DNA from: Mustelus asterias | Lineage: Eukaryota | Assembly (NCBI RefSeq): GCF_964213995.1 | Contig: NW_027590476.1 | Location: 186,001 to 250,000, forward strand | Length of the DNA stretch: 64,000 nucleotides | Direction of reading: 5' to 3' | Shown: one piece after another, positions 37,503-50,809 of the stretch | How positions within the stretch are numbered: the stretch's first letter is position 1 | Layout of the letters: each line of letters begins with the position of its first letter | Notes under the pieces: model-generated | Database searches by the model: none | The model's input: only the letters and a program-made list of their open reading frames with translations | Told to the model about the DNA's origin: nothing | Program-made: the position numbers and the translations under genes

Positions 37503-40117
37503 CTGAGAAAGACAAGAGATGAAATTGCTGGGCCTCTAACAGAAATCTTTGTTTCTTCATTGGACACAGGTGAGGTCCCAGAGGATTGGAAGACAGCAAA
37601 TGTGGTCCCGTTATTTAAGAAGGGTAGCAAGGATAACCCGGACAATTATAGGCCAGTGAGCATAACGTCCGTGGTAGGGAAATTGTTGGAGAAGATTCTT
37701 AGAGATAGGATCTATACACATTTAGAACTGAATAATCTCATTAGCGATAGACAACATGGTTTTGTATGAGGGAAATTTAGTTGAGTTTTTTGAGGCGGTG
37801 ACAAAAATGATTGATGAGGGAAGGGCCGTGGATGTCGTCTACGTGGATTTTTGTAAAGCATTTGACAAGGTCCCACATGGCAGGCTGGTGCAAAAGGTTA
37901 AACCTCACGGGATCAAAGGTGAACTAGCGAGATGGGTACAGAACTGGCTTAGCCATAGAAGACAGAGGGTAGCAGTGGAGGGGTCTTTTTCTGATTGGAG
38001 GGCTGTGACTAGGGTGTTCACAGTAAGAGTTTTAACAACACCAGGTTAAAGTCCAACAGGTTTATTTGGTAGCAAATGCCATTAGCTTTCGGAGCACAGA
38101 TAGTGAGGAACATTGTCAGAGGCTACAGAAGGATATAGATAGGCTGGAAATTTGGGCAAAGAAATGGAAGATGGAGTTCAATCCTGATCAATGCGAAGTG
38201 ATGCATTTTGGTAGAACTAACGTAGGGGGGAGCTGTACGATAAATGGCAGAACCATAAAGGGTGTAAGTACGCAGAGGGACCTGGGTGTGCAAGTCCACA
38301 GATCCTTGAAGGTGACGTCACAGGTGGAGAAGGTAGTGAATAAGGCATATGGCATGCTTGCCTTTATAGGACGGGGCATAGAGTATAAAAGTTGGGGTCT
38401 GATGTTGCAGTTGTATAGAACGTTGGTTCGGCCGCATTTGGAATACTGCACCCAGTTCTGGTCGCCACACTACCGGAAGGACGTGGAGGCTTTAGAGAGA
38501 GCGCAGAGGAGGTTTACCAGGATGTTGCCTGGTATGGAAGGGCTTAGTTATGAGGAGAGATTGGGTAAACTGGGGTTGTTCTCACTGGAAAGACGGAGGA
38601 TGAGGGGTGACCTAATAGAGGTGTATAAAATTATGAAAGGCATAGATAGGGTGAACGTGGGAAGCTTTTTCCCAGATCGGTGGTGACGTTCACGAGGGGT
38701 CATAGGTTCAAGGTGGGGGGGGCGCGGCGGGGAGGTTTAACACGGATATCAGAGGGATGTATTTTACACAGAGGGTGGTGGGGGCCTGGAGTGCGCTGCC
38801 GGGCAAAGTGGTGGAGGCGGACACACTGGGAACGTTTAAGACTTATCTAGATAGCCACAGGAACGGAGTGGGAATGGAGAGATACAAAAGAATGGTCTAG
38901 TTTGGACCAGGGAGTGGCGTGGGCTTGGAGAGCTGAAGGGCCTGTTCCTGTGCTGTATTGTTCGTTGTTTGTTCGCTGCTCCTTCGTCAGATGGAGCAGG
39001 TGGTCGAAAGGAGCAGCGCTCCGAAAGCTAATGGCATTTGCTACCAAATAAACCTGTTGGACTTTAACCTGGTGTTGTTAAAACTCTTACTGTGTTTACC
39101 CCAGTCCAACGCCGGCATCTCCACATCATGACTCAGGTGTTCCGCAGGGCTCTGTACTGGGACCTCTGCTGTTTGTGATATATATAAATGATTTGGAAGA
39201 TGTAGCTAGTCTGATTAGTAAGTTTGTGGACGACACAAAGATTGCTGGAGTTGCGGATAGTGATGAACATTGTCAGAGAATACAGCAGGACATAGATAGG
39301 CTGGAAAATTGGGCAGAGAAATGGCAGATGGAATTTAATCCAGATAAATGCGAAGTGATGCATTTTGTAGATCTAATGCAGGGGGGAGCTATACGATAAA
39401 TGGCAGAACCATCAGGAGCAGAGACACGCAGAGGGATCTGGGTGTGCAAGTCCACAGATCCTTAAAGGTGGCAGCACAGGTGGAAAAGGTGGTGAAGAAG
39501 ACATATGGCATGCTTGCCTTTATTGGACGGGGCATAGAGTATAAAAGTTGGCATATGATGTTGCAGTTACATAGAACGTTAGTTAGGCCACATTTGGAAT
39601 ACTGTGTCCAGTTCTGGTCACCACACTACCAGAAGGATGTGGAGGCTTTGGAGAGAGTGCAGAAAAGGTTTACCAGGATGTTGCCTGGTATGGAGGGCAT
39701 TAGCTATGAGGAGAGATTGAGTAAACTAGGGTTGTTCTCCCTGGAAAGACGGAGGTTGAGGGGGCGACCTTATAGAAGTTTATAAAATTATGAAGGGAAT
39801 AGATAGGGTGAACAGTTGGAAGCTTTTTCCCAGGTCAGAAATGACAAACACAAGGGGTCACAAGTTCAAAGTAAGGGGGGCAAGGTTCAGTACAGATATG
39901 CGGGGGACGTATTTTACACAGAGGGTGGTGGGGGTCTGGAATGCACTACCAAGCAAGGTGGTTGAGGCAGACATGCTAGGATCATTTAAGACTTATTGAG
40001 ATAGCCACATGAACAGACTGGGAATAGAGGGATACAAACGGATGGTCCAGTTAGGAAGACATGATCAGTGCAGGCTTGGAGGGCCGAAGGGCCTGTTCCT
40101 GTGCTGTATTGTTCTCT
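37503..40117 (+). mobile_element. Nested CR1 > PLE > CR1 insertion
   Basis: Outer CR1 breaks at ~38018 and resumes at ~39133; PLE pieces 38019-38095, 38975-38996, 39008-39132; inner CR1 38096-38974. Confidence 0.88.
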
Positions 40118-40624
40118 GTACATATTCCAGACTTTCACTAGACTGTTGGTGGATACCAGATTGATATATTCCATTCAACCACACCCAAGGTGAGTAATTC
40201 CAATTCCTTTATTGTCCAGGACAATATATCCACAATATCTTTAAAACAGAAATTAAACATTCCCATTTGATTTCAGACAGTAACATATTCTGTTAGTTTG
40301 TTCTTTATTGTCAATGTCAGGCTGGGGTTGTTCTCCTTGGAGCAAAGGAGGTTGAGGGGAGATTTGATAGAAGTAGACAAGATTCTGACAGGTTTAGATA
40401 AGGTCGACAAAGAAAAGCTGTTCCCATTAGCTGAAGGGACAAGGACGAGGGGGGACACAGATTTCTTGTTTTGGGTCAAAGATGCAAGGGGGGGGGGATG
40501 TGAGGAAGAATATTCTGATGCAGCGAATGGTAATGACCTGAAACTCGCTGTCTATGAGGGTGGAGGAAGTGGAGACAATAAACAATTAAAAAGGAAATTG
40601 GATGGGCATTTGGGATGTTCCAAA

Positions 40625-41690
40625 CAGAATGAAGAACAAAGAAAATTACAGCACAGAAACAAGCCCTTTGGCCCTCCAAGCCTGCAGCAACCATGCTGCC
40701 CGTCTGAACTAAAACCCCCTACCTTTCCGGGGACCATATCCCTCTATTCCTATGCTATTCATATATTTGTCAAGACACATCTTAAAAGTCACTGCCGTAT
40801 CTGCTTCCACTACCTTCCCCGGCAACGAGTTCCAGGCACCCACCACCCTCTGTGTAAAAAACCTGCCTTGTACATCTCCTTTAAACCATGCCCCTCGCAC
40901 CTTAAACCTATGCCTCTCGTAATTGACTCTTCCACCCTGGGAAAAAGCGTCTGACTATCCACTCTGTCCATGCCCCTCATAATCTTGTAGACTTCTATCA
41001 GGTCGCCCCCCCCCCCTCAACTGCCGTCGTTCCAGTGAGAACAAACCAAGTTTCTCCAACCTCTCCTCATAGCTAATGCCCTCCACACCAGGCCACATCC
41101 TGATAAATATTTTCCGTACCCTCTCCAAAGCCTCCACATCCTTCTGGTAGTGTGGTGACCAGAATTGAACACTAAATTCCAAGTGCGGTCTAACTAACGT
41201 TCTATAAAGCTGCAACATGTTTACCAATTTTTAAACTCAATGCCCTGGCCGATGAAGGCAAGCATGCCATATGCCTTCTTGATTATCTTCTCCACCTCAT
41301 TGCCACTTTCAATAACCTGTGCACCTGTACACCCAGATCCCTCTGCCTATGAATACTCTTAAGGGTTCTGCCATTTACTGTATATTTCCCATCTGTAATA
41401 GACCTTCCAAAATGCATTACCTCACATTTGTCCGGATTAAACTTCATCTGCCAACTCTCCGCCCAAGTCTCCAACTGACCTATATCCTGCTGTATCCTCT
41501 GCCGGTCCCCATCGCTATCCGCAATTCCACCAACCTTTGTGTCGTTCACAAACTTACCAATCAAACCAGTTACATTTTCCTCCAAATCATTTATATATAT
41601 CACAAACAGCAACGGTCCCAGCACTGATCCCTGAGGAATGTCACTTGTCACAGCCCTCCATTCAGAAAGGTACCTTTGCATTGCCAACCT
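40625..41690 (-). mobile_element. CR1 LINE
   Basis: PQGSVLGPLLFVIYINDL...KFVNDTK; frameshifted. Confidence 0.93.
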
Positions 41691-41928
41691 GTTTTCTTCT
41701 GACTAAATATCTCTGAACTTCCTGTCACTCTGTGATCCTTGTGACATTTGAAACCAGGTATTCGTAAAAAGACTCAAAGAGCATCAGCCCACTGGAGGCT
41801 GAGACCAGCCAGTCCAGCACAAAGAAACCCTCCGACCCTTCCCATTGACCAACTGTGAGAATGAACAAAATGCAGTCCTGGATGCAACTGAGAGCAGAAA
41901 CAATAACAGCAGAATCCAACTCCTGTCA

Positions 41929-42975
41929 TCACTCGTGAACTTGTTGATGTCTCAGCAGCCGGGATGAAACGCTGAAACCCTTCCCACACACAGAGCAGGT
42001 GAATGGCCTCTCCCCAGTGTGAACTTGCTGGTGTCTCCACAGGTCGGATGACCGAGTGACTCCCTTTCCACACTGAGAGCAGGTGAATGGTTTCTCGACA
42101 GTGTGACTTCGCTGGTGTGTCTGCAAGTTGAATAACTGAGTGAATCCCTTCTCACACTGAGAGCAGGTGAACGGTCTCTCCCCAGTGTGAACTCGCTGGT
42201 GTGTCAGCAGGCTGGATAACTGAGGGAATCCCTTCCCACACTGAGAGCAGGTGAATGGCCACTCCCCAGTGTGAACTCGCTGGTGTGTCAGCAGGCTGGA
42301 TAACTGAGTGAATCCCTTCCCACACTGGGAGCAGGTGAATGGCCTCTCCCCAGTGTGAACTCGCTGGTGTGCCCGCAGGTTGGATACCCGAGTGAATCCC
42401 TTCCCACACTGAGAGCAGGTGAATGGTCTCTCCCCAGTGTGAACTTGCTGGTGTGTCTGTAGGTGGGATAACCAAGGGAATCCCTTCCCACACTGAGAGC
42501 AGGTGAATGGTCTCTCCCCAGTGTGAACTTGCTGGTGTGTCTGCAGAAGGGATAACCGAGGGAATCCCTTCCCACACTGAGAGCAGGTGAATGGTCTCTC
42601 CCCAGTGTGAACTCGCTGGTGTCTCTGCAGGTTGGATAACTGAGTGAATCCCTTCGCACACTGAGAGCAGGTGAACGGTTTCTCCCCAGTGTGAACTCGC
42701 TGGTGTCTCTGCAGGTCGGATAACTGAATGAATCTCTTCCCACATTGAGAGCAGGTGAATGGTCTCTCCCCAGTGTGAACTCGCTGGTGTGACTGCAGGT
42801 CGGATAACTGAATGAATCCCTTCTCACACTGAGAGCAGGTGAATGGTCTCTCCCCAGTGTGGATGCGCCGATGAGCTTCCAGCTCTGATGGGTATCTGTA
42901 TCCCTTCCCACAGTCCGCACATTTCCATGGTTTCTCCATGGTGCAGGTGTCCTTACCTCTCTCTTGAGTGGACAA
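41929..42975 (-). CDS. C2H2 zinc-finger gene ZNF-E (12 fingers, intact; likely ATG at 42939)
   Basis: Open 348-aa frame MEKPWKC...HQQVHE*; acceptor cattttacag at ~43291. Confidence 0.92.
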   Translation of the reverse strand: MSTQERGKDTCTMEKPWKCADCGKGYRYPSELEAHRRIHTGERPFTCSQCEKGFIQLSDLQSHQRVHTGERPFTCSQCGKRFIQLSDLQRHQRVHTGEKPFTCSQCAKGFTQLSNLQRHQRVHTGERPFTCSQCGKGFPRLSLLQTHQQVHTGERPFTCSQCGKGFPWLSHLQTHQQVHTGERPFTCSQCGKGFTRVSNLRAHQRVHTGERPFTCSQCGKGFTQLSSLLTHQRVHTGEWPFTCSQCGKGFPQLSSLLTHQRVHTGERPFTCSQCEKGFTQLFNLQTHQRSHTVEKPFTCSQCGKGVTRSSDLWRHQQVHTGERPFTCSVCGKGFSVSSRLLRHQQVHE

Positions 42976-43612
42976 TTAGTTGAAACTTCGTCCACACACA
43001 GAACAAGATTACAGTCTCTACCCGCTGTGAATGGTGTGATATTGATTCAGACTGTGTAACTGGTTAAAGCTCTTTAGTCAGTGCATTGGAACACTCTCAC
43101 TCGAGTGTGGTAGTGTGTTGATGCTTTTTCACTCACACTGACATTTCAAATCTTTTCAAATCGACAGACTGGACAATCATTTCTCCTTCTGGATTCAAAG
43201 TCCGATGATATTCAGCTCCCAAGGAATATGATTCTGTCACGTCGAGACGTGACATTTGAGATTTCGGCCTGTGATTCCTCTTTCAATATCCTGTAAAATG
43301 AGTTTCCAAAAGTCATCAGTGTCAGTACAGGATAGAAATTCAGAACAGACAATTTCTATGGAACATTCTTTCCTCTCTCATTTCCCAAAAGCTGTAAATC
43401 TCCATCCCACACACTCTCTCCCCATTCTCAGCAGGTCTGGCAGCATCTGTACGGAGAAAAGAACTGATGTTTCAGAGCTTTGACAAAGGGTCATCGAGAC
43501 AAGAAACATCAGTTCTTTTCTCTCCTTACAGATGCTGCCAGACCTGCTGAGATTTTCCACCATTTTCTCTCTTGGTTTCAGATTCCAGCATCCGCACTAA
43601 TTTGCTTTTATA

Positions 43613-44815
43613 AGGCTGCAGATACCTCCTCCCAAGTAACATGCGTGTGCCCAAGACATCACCACTTGTTTCCCTTATTTCTTTAGCACCCATGGTGCTC
43701 TCCGCAGTAAACACAGAGGAGAAGTATTCATTAAAAATCTCACCCATCTCCTGTGGCTCCACACACAGATGGCCATACTGATTTTTAAGGGGATCTATTC
43801 TCTCTCTAGCCACCCTTTTACTCTTAATATAGCTATAGAACCTCTTGGAATTTTCTTTCATCTTACCTGCCAGATCCATATCATACCCTCTTTTTGTCCT
43901 CCTGATTTCCCTCTTCAGTATTTTCTTACACTTTTTATAGTCAGAGTGATTCACTTGTCCCCGATTGCCTAAACCCAATGTATGCTTCCTTCTTTTACCT
44001 GACCAGAGCCTCAATGTCCCTTGCCTGCCAGAGATCCTTAAATTTACCATTCTTTCCCTTCATCTTAACAGGAATATACTGCCCTGGACTCTTGATATCA
44101 CACTTTTAAAACCTCCCATTTGCCAGTCATTCCTTTCCCTTCAAACAAACTCACCGAATCGACATCTGCTAGATCCTGCCTAATGCCCACAAAAGTGGCC
44201 CTGCTCCAGTTTAGGGCCTTGACCTGTGGACCTGTCCTATCTTTTTCCAGAACTATTTTGAAACTATTGGTGCTCCCAATAGTGCTCCCTGACTGACACT
44301 TCAGTCACTTGCTCCACCTCATTTCTTAACTGTCTAATAGAAAGTGAGTCCAGGAATTGATGATGAAAAATAAGGAGCTGGGAGATTAATTGAACAAGTA
44401 TTTTGCCTCGGTGTTCACAATAGAGGATACAGTTAAAACTCAGAGACAGCTGGAAATCAGAAAACAGAAGTGTGGGATGAACTCTGAAAAAGCACAATTC
44501 CCAGGGAAGTGGTCCTCAGCAAACTGTTGGAGCTGTGGGCTGATGAGTCCTCGGGTCCTGCTGGGCTCCATTCTCGGGTCTTAACAGAGTGAGATAGTTG
44601 ATGTGTTGTTCAATTTTCTAAAATTCCCCATCGGGAATTGGATAAAGGGAAACCGGTGGATGTGCTGTACTTAGATTTCCAGAAGACATTTGATGAGGTG
44701 CCACATGAAAGGTTATTGCAGCAAATAAAAATTCATGCTGTGGGGATAACATATTGGCGTGGATAGAAGATTGGCGAACAGCAAACAGTGGGCAGAAATT
44801 GATCATTTTCTGGTT
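43613..44815. mobile_element. CR1 ORF2 internal fragments (43613-44265 on -, 44300-44815 on +)
   Basis: LKREIRRTKRGY...KENSKRFYSYIKSKR. Confidence 0.8.
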
Positions 44816-44975
44816 TAAGAGAGAGAGAGACCTGGGCCAATCTTTCCAGAGTCTGCACCCTCCCTGGATTCACTTCCTTTCCCTTCAGTTGCTGCAACTC
44901 CCCAATTTCCCCCAGAATGAGAGAAGAAATGGAAATGGGGTTGAAAAGAAAGTGTTTTACTCACAGATATTGGCC

Positions 44976-45174
44976 TCTTTTAAGGTCAAACCAAATAAAC
45001 AAACTCAAATTAAATCGGGACAAAGTAAAAGGGGCAGCTCCCCAAAAGGAGGGGGAACAGCCCGAACAAAAATCAAAGTACAAAGGAAACTTAAAAACAT
45101 CAAATCATAATGTGATTATGAGGGTCGATAACGCGGTGCCCAATGGGCACAGAAGGCGTCAACTGTGCCCGTTT
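44976..45174 (-). mobile_element. Short 5'-truncated Tx1-clade LINE 3' end
   Basis: Highly similar to 51580-51792. Confidence 0.75.
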
Positions 45175-45219
45175 AGACAGGAGGAAGTTTGATTTTGTCT
45201 GAAGATAATTCTTCATTCA

Positions 45220-45630
45220 TACAAAGCCCGCGCTCAGATTGGCTGGAAGACCAGAGTCCTTCCGGTCCTCCAACTCTTCCCATTGGTCAACACCTCAGCA
45301 TGAAGATCAGAGGGTGGGTTCTCCCCCGCACATGCGCAGCTTCCCCTCTCCCTCGCACATTTGCAGTCCCGGGCCGGGGGGAGGGGGAGCTCCCCGAGTG
45401 GCTTCTCACTCTGACCGGAGCCGTCAGCCGGTTGCCTGGAAACCTTGGCTCGAAGAGGTGGAGGGGGAGGGGAACAATGGGTGGGGGCGGGGCTCCCGGG
45501 TCCGCGCGCCCAGGCCTGAGCACTGGAACCCGGAGACGTCACCACGGAGCAGACTGATTCTGATTGGCTGATTCAGGCAGGACTCTTTCATGGCGTCACA
45601 ATACGGAAGGTGGCCAATGAGCTTCAGATT
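45220..45630. promoter_or_regulatory. CpG bidirectional promoter flanked by inverted paralogous first-exon/intron modules
   Basis: Several CCAAT/ATTGG boxes, GC box, tggcgtca; module at 44850-44975 (-) mirrors 45635-45750 (+). Confidence 0.7.
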
Positions 45631-45870
45631 GAATCTTCCTCCTCTGGGCAACATCTGGGACGAAATCAATGTTTCCCCCTTTCCATTTCTTTTCTCATTC
45701 TGGGGGAAATTGGGGACTTGCAGCAACTGAAGGGAACGAAGTGAATTCGGTCTGTATATTCCACACATTTTTACTCCAGTAATGTAGACATTTATCTGTC
45801 TGGCAGCCTGCATGGAGATTTTCAGCTCTCTGCATCCAGGGCAAGCAGCAGTGAGCATGGATCTGTCAAT

Positions 45871-46261
45871 CACACATGAGGACGGCGTCAACCGGGATCT
45901 TGGGTTCATGTCACACTATCTGTAACCCCCACGACTTGCCTGGGCTTGCAAAATCTCACCAACTGTCCTGGCTGGACACAATACACATCTCTTTAACCTG
46001 TGCTTAACCCTCTCTCCACTCACATTGTTTGGACCTTTAGGACTTGATTACCTGTAAAGACTCACATTCCAACCATTATTTTGTAAATTGAGTTTGTGTC
46101 TTTATATGCCATGTTTGTGAACAGAACTCCCACTCACCTGATGAAGAAGCAGCGCTCCGGAAGCTAGTGGCTTGTGCTACCAAATAAACCTGTTGGACTT
46201 TAACCTGGTGTTGTGATACTTCTTACTGTGCTTTCCCCAGTCCAACGCCGGCATCTCCACA
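45871..46261 (+). mobile_element. Penelope-like fragment (hammerhead core mutated)
   Basis: Matches 32385-32772. Confidence 0.88.
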
Positions 46262-46454
46262 CTCTGAGTGGAAACAGAGAGAAGTAGGAGAGGCCGGAGG
46301 TGAGGAGAGAGATTTTATACATCTCAGTCTCAGGCTGGAATTGAACCCGGGTCCCTGGCACTGTCAGGCAGCTGCACTAACCACTGTGCCACGGGGCCAC
46401 ATGTCAGTGCCATCGCCCGACTCCAGCCCAGTCTCAGCTCATCTGGAACTCACA

Positions 46455-46560
46455 CCCATTCTATTGTGACGTCACACTCTCACCTATTCCATTGTGACGT
46501 CACACTCCCACCCATTCCATTGTGACGTCACACCCTCACCCATTCCATTGTGACGTCAGG
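46455..46560. repeat. 4 x 28-bp repeat, each unit with a perfect CRE (TGACGTCA)
   Basis: TGACGTCA at 46467, 46495, 46523, 46551. Confidence 0.9.
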
Positions 46561-47050
46561 GCTTCACTCTCCGATCACAATCCCTGCCGGCCTCCCACAT
46601 GCAGCCTCAATGGCGGCAGTCAGCCCGGGTCTAACACTACAAGCTGCCGCTCCATTTGGTACAAAGCGGGGGACCGGGAAGTTCATTTCCGGGGTTTGGG
46701 TTTGAACAACATGTTTACAAAGCCTCTCCACCCACCCGCCACATTTATCATTCCCCGCGCGCCGCCCTCTACCTCGTATTGATCTCGCTTCCGAGTTAAA
46801 ACCATCCGTCTGTCCGTCGCCATTACCCGCACTGCGCATGCTTCAGGTCCCGCCCCTCATTCACTCCGATTGGTTGGAGGACCAGCCGCTCCCGTTCGGT
46901 CATCCAGCCCCGCCCCCTTTTCCTATTGGTCCGGAGCTGCCGTCAATCAGTGCCCGGGCATTGTGATATGGAGCATGCGCAGTGTCATTGCTGTCCTTGG
47001 CGCTTGTTTGTCCCGGAGAAGCGGAGTCAGCGTTAGGCGGTGGCTGGGAG
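46560..47050. promoter_or_regulatory. CpG promoter, paralog of 16200-16700
   Basis: Shared ccggggtttgggtttgaaca.catgtttac.aagcctctc and ccgccccctcattcactc blocks. Confidence 0.75.
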
Positions 47051-48892
47051 GATTTGGAAACACTTTGTGGATCCGCAAACCCTTCAGAATCATTGTCAGC
47101 TCCCTGGTTTGCAGCTGCGGGGCTTCTCCCTCCCTCCCTCCCGGGAACAGGCCCAGGTTAACGGCCCCATCCTGGCTCAGCCACTGGAGGATGGTTCACA
47201 TCAGAGGATGGGGGAGGGGGACAATAAATAAGAGGTTACACTTTGGCCTCAAATCAATGAGGACTCTGATCTCTGGGAAGGAAGGAAACCCTGGGAGGTG
47301 GGCGGGGAGGATTCACAAACACCCGCTGGAGGCCCCAACACCCCCAATAAGAAGCTGCAGCTCCCGGGTTTGCAGCTTTTTCCCGGGAGGGAGTTGGGGA
47401 AGTTTTGTGGAGACAATTCCCGGCTGGTTCAGTTAGTGGTTCCTGGAGCTGAGAAACCCTCAGTTAGAATCCTGAACCCAACACTGGGTGGTTGTTTTAT
47501 GAAATACTTTTTATTTATTAATCATTAAAATATTAATTTGTTTTGAAAAATCATTTTATAGCATTTGTGAAAATACCCATTAAAATAGCAATTCTCCCAA
47601 AGTATTTCATAGAATCCCTACAGTGCTGAAGGAGGTTATTCAGCCTGTCGAGTCTGCACTGACAACAATCCACCGATGCCCTATTCCCATTACCCCACAT
47701 ATGTAACCTGCTAATACCTCGAATTTACTCATCCCAGGACACTAAGGGGCAATTTAGCATAGCCAATGCACCTAACTGGCATATCTTTGGACGATGGGAG
47801 GTAACCAGAGCATCAGGAGAAAACCCACGCAGACATGGGGAGAATGGGCAGACTCCACATGGACAGTGACCCAAGTTGGGAATCGAACCCAGGTCCCTGG
47901 AGCTGTGAGACAGCAGTGCTAACCACTGTGCCGCCTACATTGCTGATGAGAATTTTAATTTCCTGACTTGGGAATTAATTCTTGAGAATAGTCATTCTGA
48001 AAATTAAAATGTGTTTAATTTACCCCACAATGCCAGATTTCAGTTTGCATTTCAAAATTGAATTGAGAATGTCTGAGAGCAAATGGTAAAATGAGATTTG
48101 TGACACCAGCTGCAATTATTTTCTGTGACTGATGATACCTTTGTGCCTGTGCAGGAGGTAATTCCGCTGCTGTTGTGGCACAAATAAAATGGAGCTTTTC
48201 CTCGGAACAGGCCCATGTTAATGGTCATCGTGGTGTTTCATTGGTGAGCAGAGCACATGTGCCCATTGTGGTAACAACAGAGTCAGTGGGGCTGCACGTC
48301 CCCTGACTTGGAAGGAAAATAATTGACTTCTTGATTATCCTCTCAATCTGCACATGGTCTGGAGGACTGAATCCAGCTGAAGGGAGAGGGAGCTGAGCTC
48401 AGAGTGGAGATGGGGAATGAGTTTGATTTTAGCTCAGGGATAAGAGAGAGTGTGTGGGATGGGGATTACAGCTCAAGATAAATGAGACAGAGAAATGTTT
48501 CGTGGAAACTGAAATTGTCAGTTCTGAAGCAGTTTTTTAAAACTCTTTGTGCAGGGAACTAGAAGAGGAAGATTCACAGACAGGAAACTCAAACTAAACT
48601 TCACATCAAAGTCTAACAGAGTCATTCGATTCATCATGACCTAAATATGATTGCTTTTGACAGTCGAGGGATAAATCGTTCCCTGTTTTGTCAGTGGAAG
48701 AAAATTTCAAAATTCAATGTGATAGAAAAAGAACTGAGACACACACACACCCAAGTGAGAGTGCTCCAGTGAACTGACTGTGGATAGAGCTTTAACCAGT
48801 TACATAGCCTGAAAAACATCACACCATGGTCTGTATGTGGATGAGGCTTCAACTAATCATCCAACCTGGAGAGACAGAAGGACACCAGCACC

Positions 48893-50221
48893 ATGGACAA
48901 ACCATGGAAATGTGAGGATTGTGGTAAAGGATTCAATTATCCATCCCGGTTGGAAACCCATCGACACGGTCACATTGGGGCTGGGAAAATGGAGAAACCA
49001 TGGAAATGTGATGATTGTGATAAAGGATTCAATTATCCGTACTTGCTGGAAAACCATAGACACAGTCACACTGGAGAGAGGCCATCCATCTGTTCTGTGT
49101 GTGGGAAAGGATTCACCATCTCATCCCACCTGCTGTTACACCAGCGAATTCACACTGAGGAGAGGCCGTTCAGCTGCTCCGCCTGTGGAAAGGGGTTCTC
49201 ATGTTCATCCAACCTCAGTGCACATCAGCGAGTTCACTGGGGAGAGATCGTTCACCTGCTCCTTGCGTGGGAAGGATTTTGCTGGGCCATCCAGTCTTTG
49301 GTCACACCAGCGAATTCACACAGGATATATATAATATATCTCAATGATTTGGAGGAAAATGTAACTGGATTGATTAGTAAGTTTGCAGACGACACAAAGG
49401 TTGGTGGATTTGCGGATAGCAATGAGGACCATCAGAGGATACAGCAGGATATAGACAAGTTGGAGACTTGGGTGGAGAGATGGCAGATGGAGTTCAATCC
49501 GGACACATGTGAGGTAATGCATTTTGGAAGGTCTAATACAGATAGGAAATATACAGTAAATGGCAGAACCTTTAACAATATTGATAGGCAAAGGGATCTG
49601 GGTGTACAGGTACACAGATTACTGAAAGTGGCAATGCAGGTGGAGAAGGTCGTCAAGAAGGCATACGGCATGCTTGCCTTCATAGGCTGGGGCATTGAGT
49701 TTAAATATTGGCAAGTCATGTTGCAGCTTTATAGAACCTTAGTTAGGCTGCACTTGGAATATAGTGTTCAATTCTGGTCACCACACTACCAGAAGGATGT
49801 GGAGGCTTTGGAGAGGGTCCAGAAAAGATTTACCAGGACGTTGCCTGGTATGGAGGGCATTAGCTATGAGGAGAGGTTGGAGAAACTTGGTTTGTTCTCA
49901 CTTGAGCGATGGAGGTTGAGGGGAGACCTGATAGAAGTCTACAAGATTATGAGAGGCATGGACAGAGTGGATAGTCAGAAGCTTTTTCCCAAGGTGGAAG
50001 AGTCAATTACTAGGGGGAATAGGTTTAAGGTGCGAGGGGTAAAGTTTAAAAGAGATGTACGAGGCAGATTTTTTACACAGAGAGTGGTGGGTGCCTGGAA
50101 TTCATTGCCGGGGGAGGTAGTGGAAGCAGATACGGTATTGACTTTTAAGCGGCGTCTTGACAAGTACATGAATGAGATGGGAAGAGAGGGATATGGTCTC
50201 AGGAAGGGTAGTGGGTTTTAG
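48893..50221 (+). pseudogene. ZNF-F (4 fingers, then frameshift) fused in frame to CR1 RT C-terminus; 442-aa chimeric ORF
   Basis: MDKPWKC...HQRVH, out-of-frame finger, then YLNDL...KFADDTK. Confidence 0.8.
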
Positions 50222-50301
50222 TTAAGTCGGGCAGTATGGTCGGTGCAGGCTTGGAGGGCCAAAGGGCCTGTTCCTGTGCTGTAGTTTTCTTTGTTCTTAG
50301 T
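49325..50301 (+). mobile_element. CR1 LINE with probable 7-bp target site duplication ACACAGG
   Basis: acacagg at 49318-49324 and 50302-50308. Confidence 0.92.
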
Positions 50302-50809
50302 ACACAGGCCAATTTATCTTTCTAGGGATGAGTGTGTCTGAGAGGTATGCAACTGGAAAACATTTTCCATTCACCTCCCGCATTGCTGCAGTATATATAG
50401 ATATTGTTCTCACTCTGCCAGCAGGGCTGTGGGATTAACTGGACAGATCTTAAAGACAGCCCGACTGGGCAGGATGAGCCAAATGGTTTCCATCTGTGAT
50501 GTATCGTTCCATAAAACAGAATATTCAGCATCAGGAGAAAGAAAGTGAAAGAAACCTGTCTCTGTGGGATTTACCCAACCAGTGTGAGCACCTTCAGGAG
50601 AGCAGAGAGACGAGAGGAAACCAGTGGGAAAAGTTTTAAAAACTCGGGGTATTCCCACAGGAGAGCACTGGTTTAAATCAATTTTAGAAATAGAGAATGG
50701 CAGCGCACAAATTCCGAGGAATGCATTTTTAAAAATTAATTGATCTTAATTGCACAAGCTAATTTTCTATTATTGTCTTTGATTGACAATGACGCCGTTA
50801 ATTCCCAGG

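Noticed and set aside
42152-42995. Overlapping ORFs (SSHWGE.., TLGRDHS..) in ZNF genes
   Set aside because: Alternative-frame shadows of the 84-nt finger repeat
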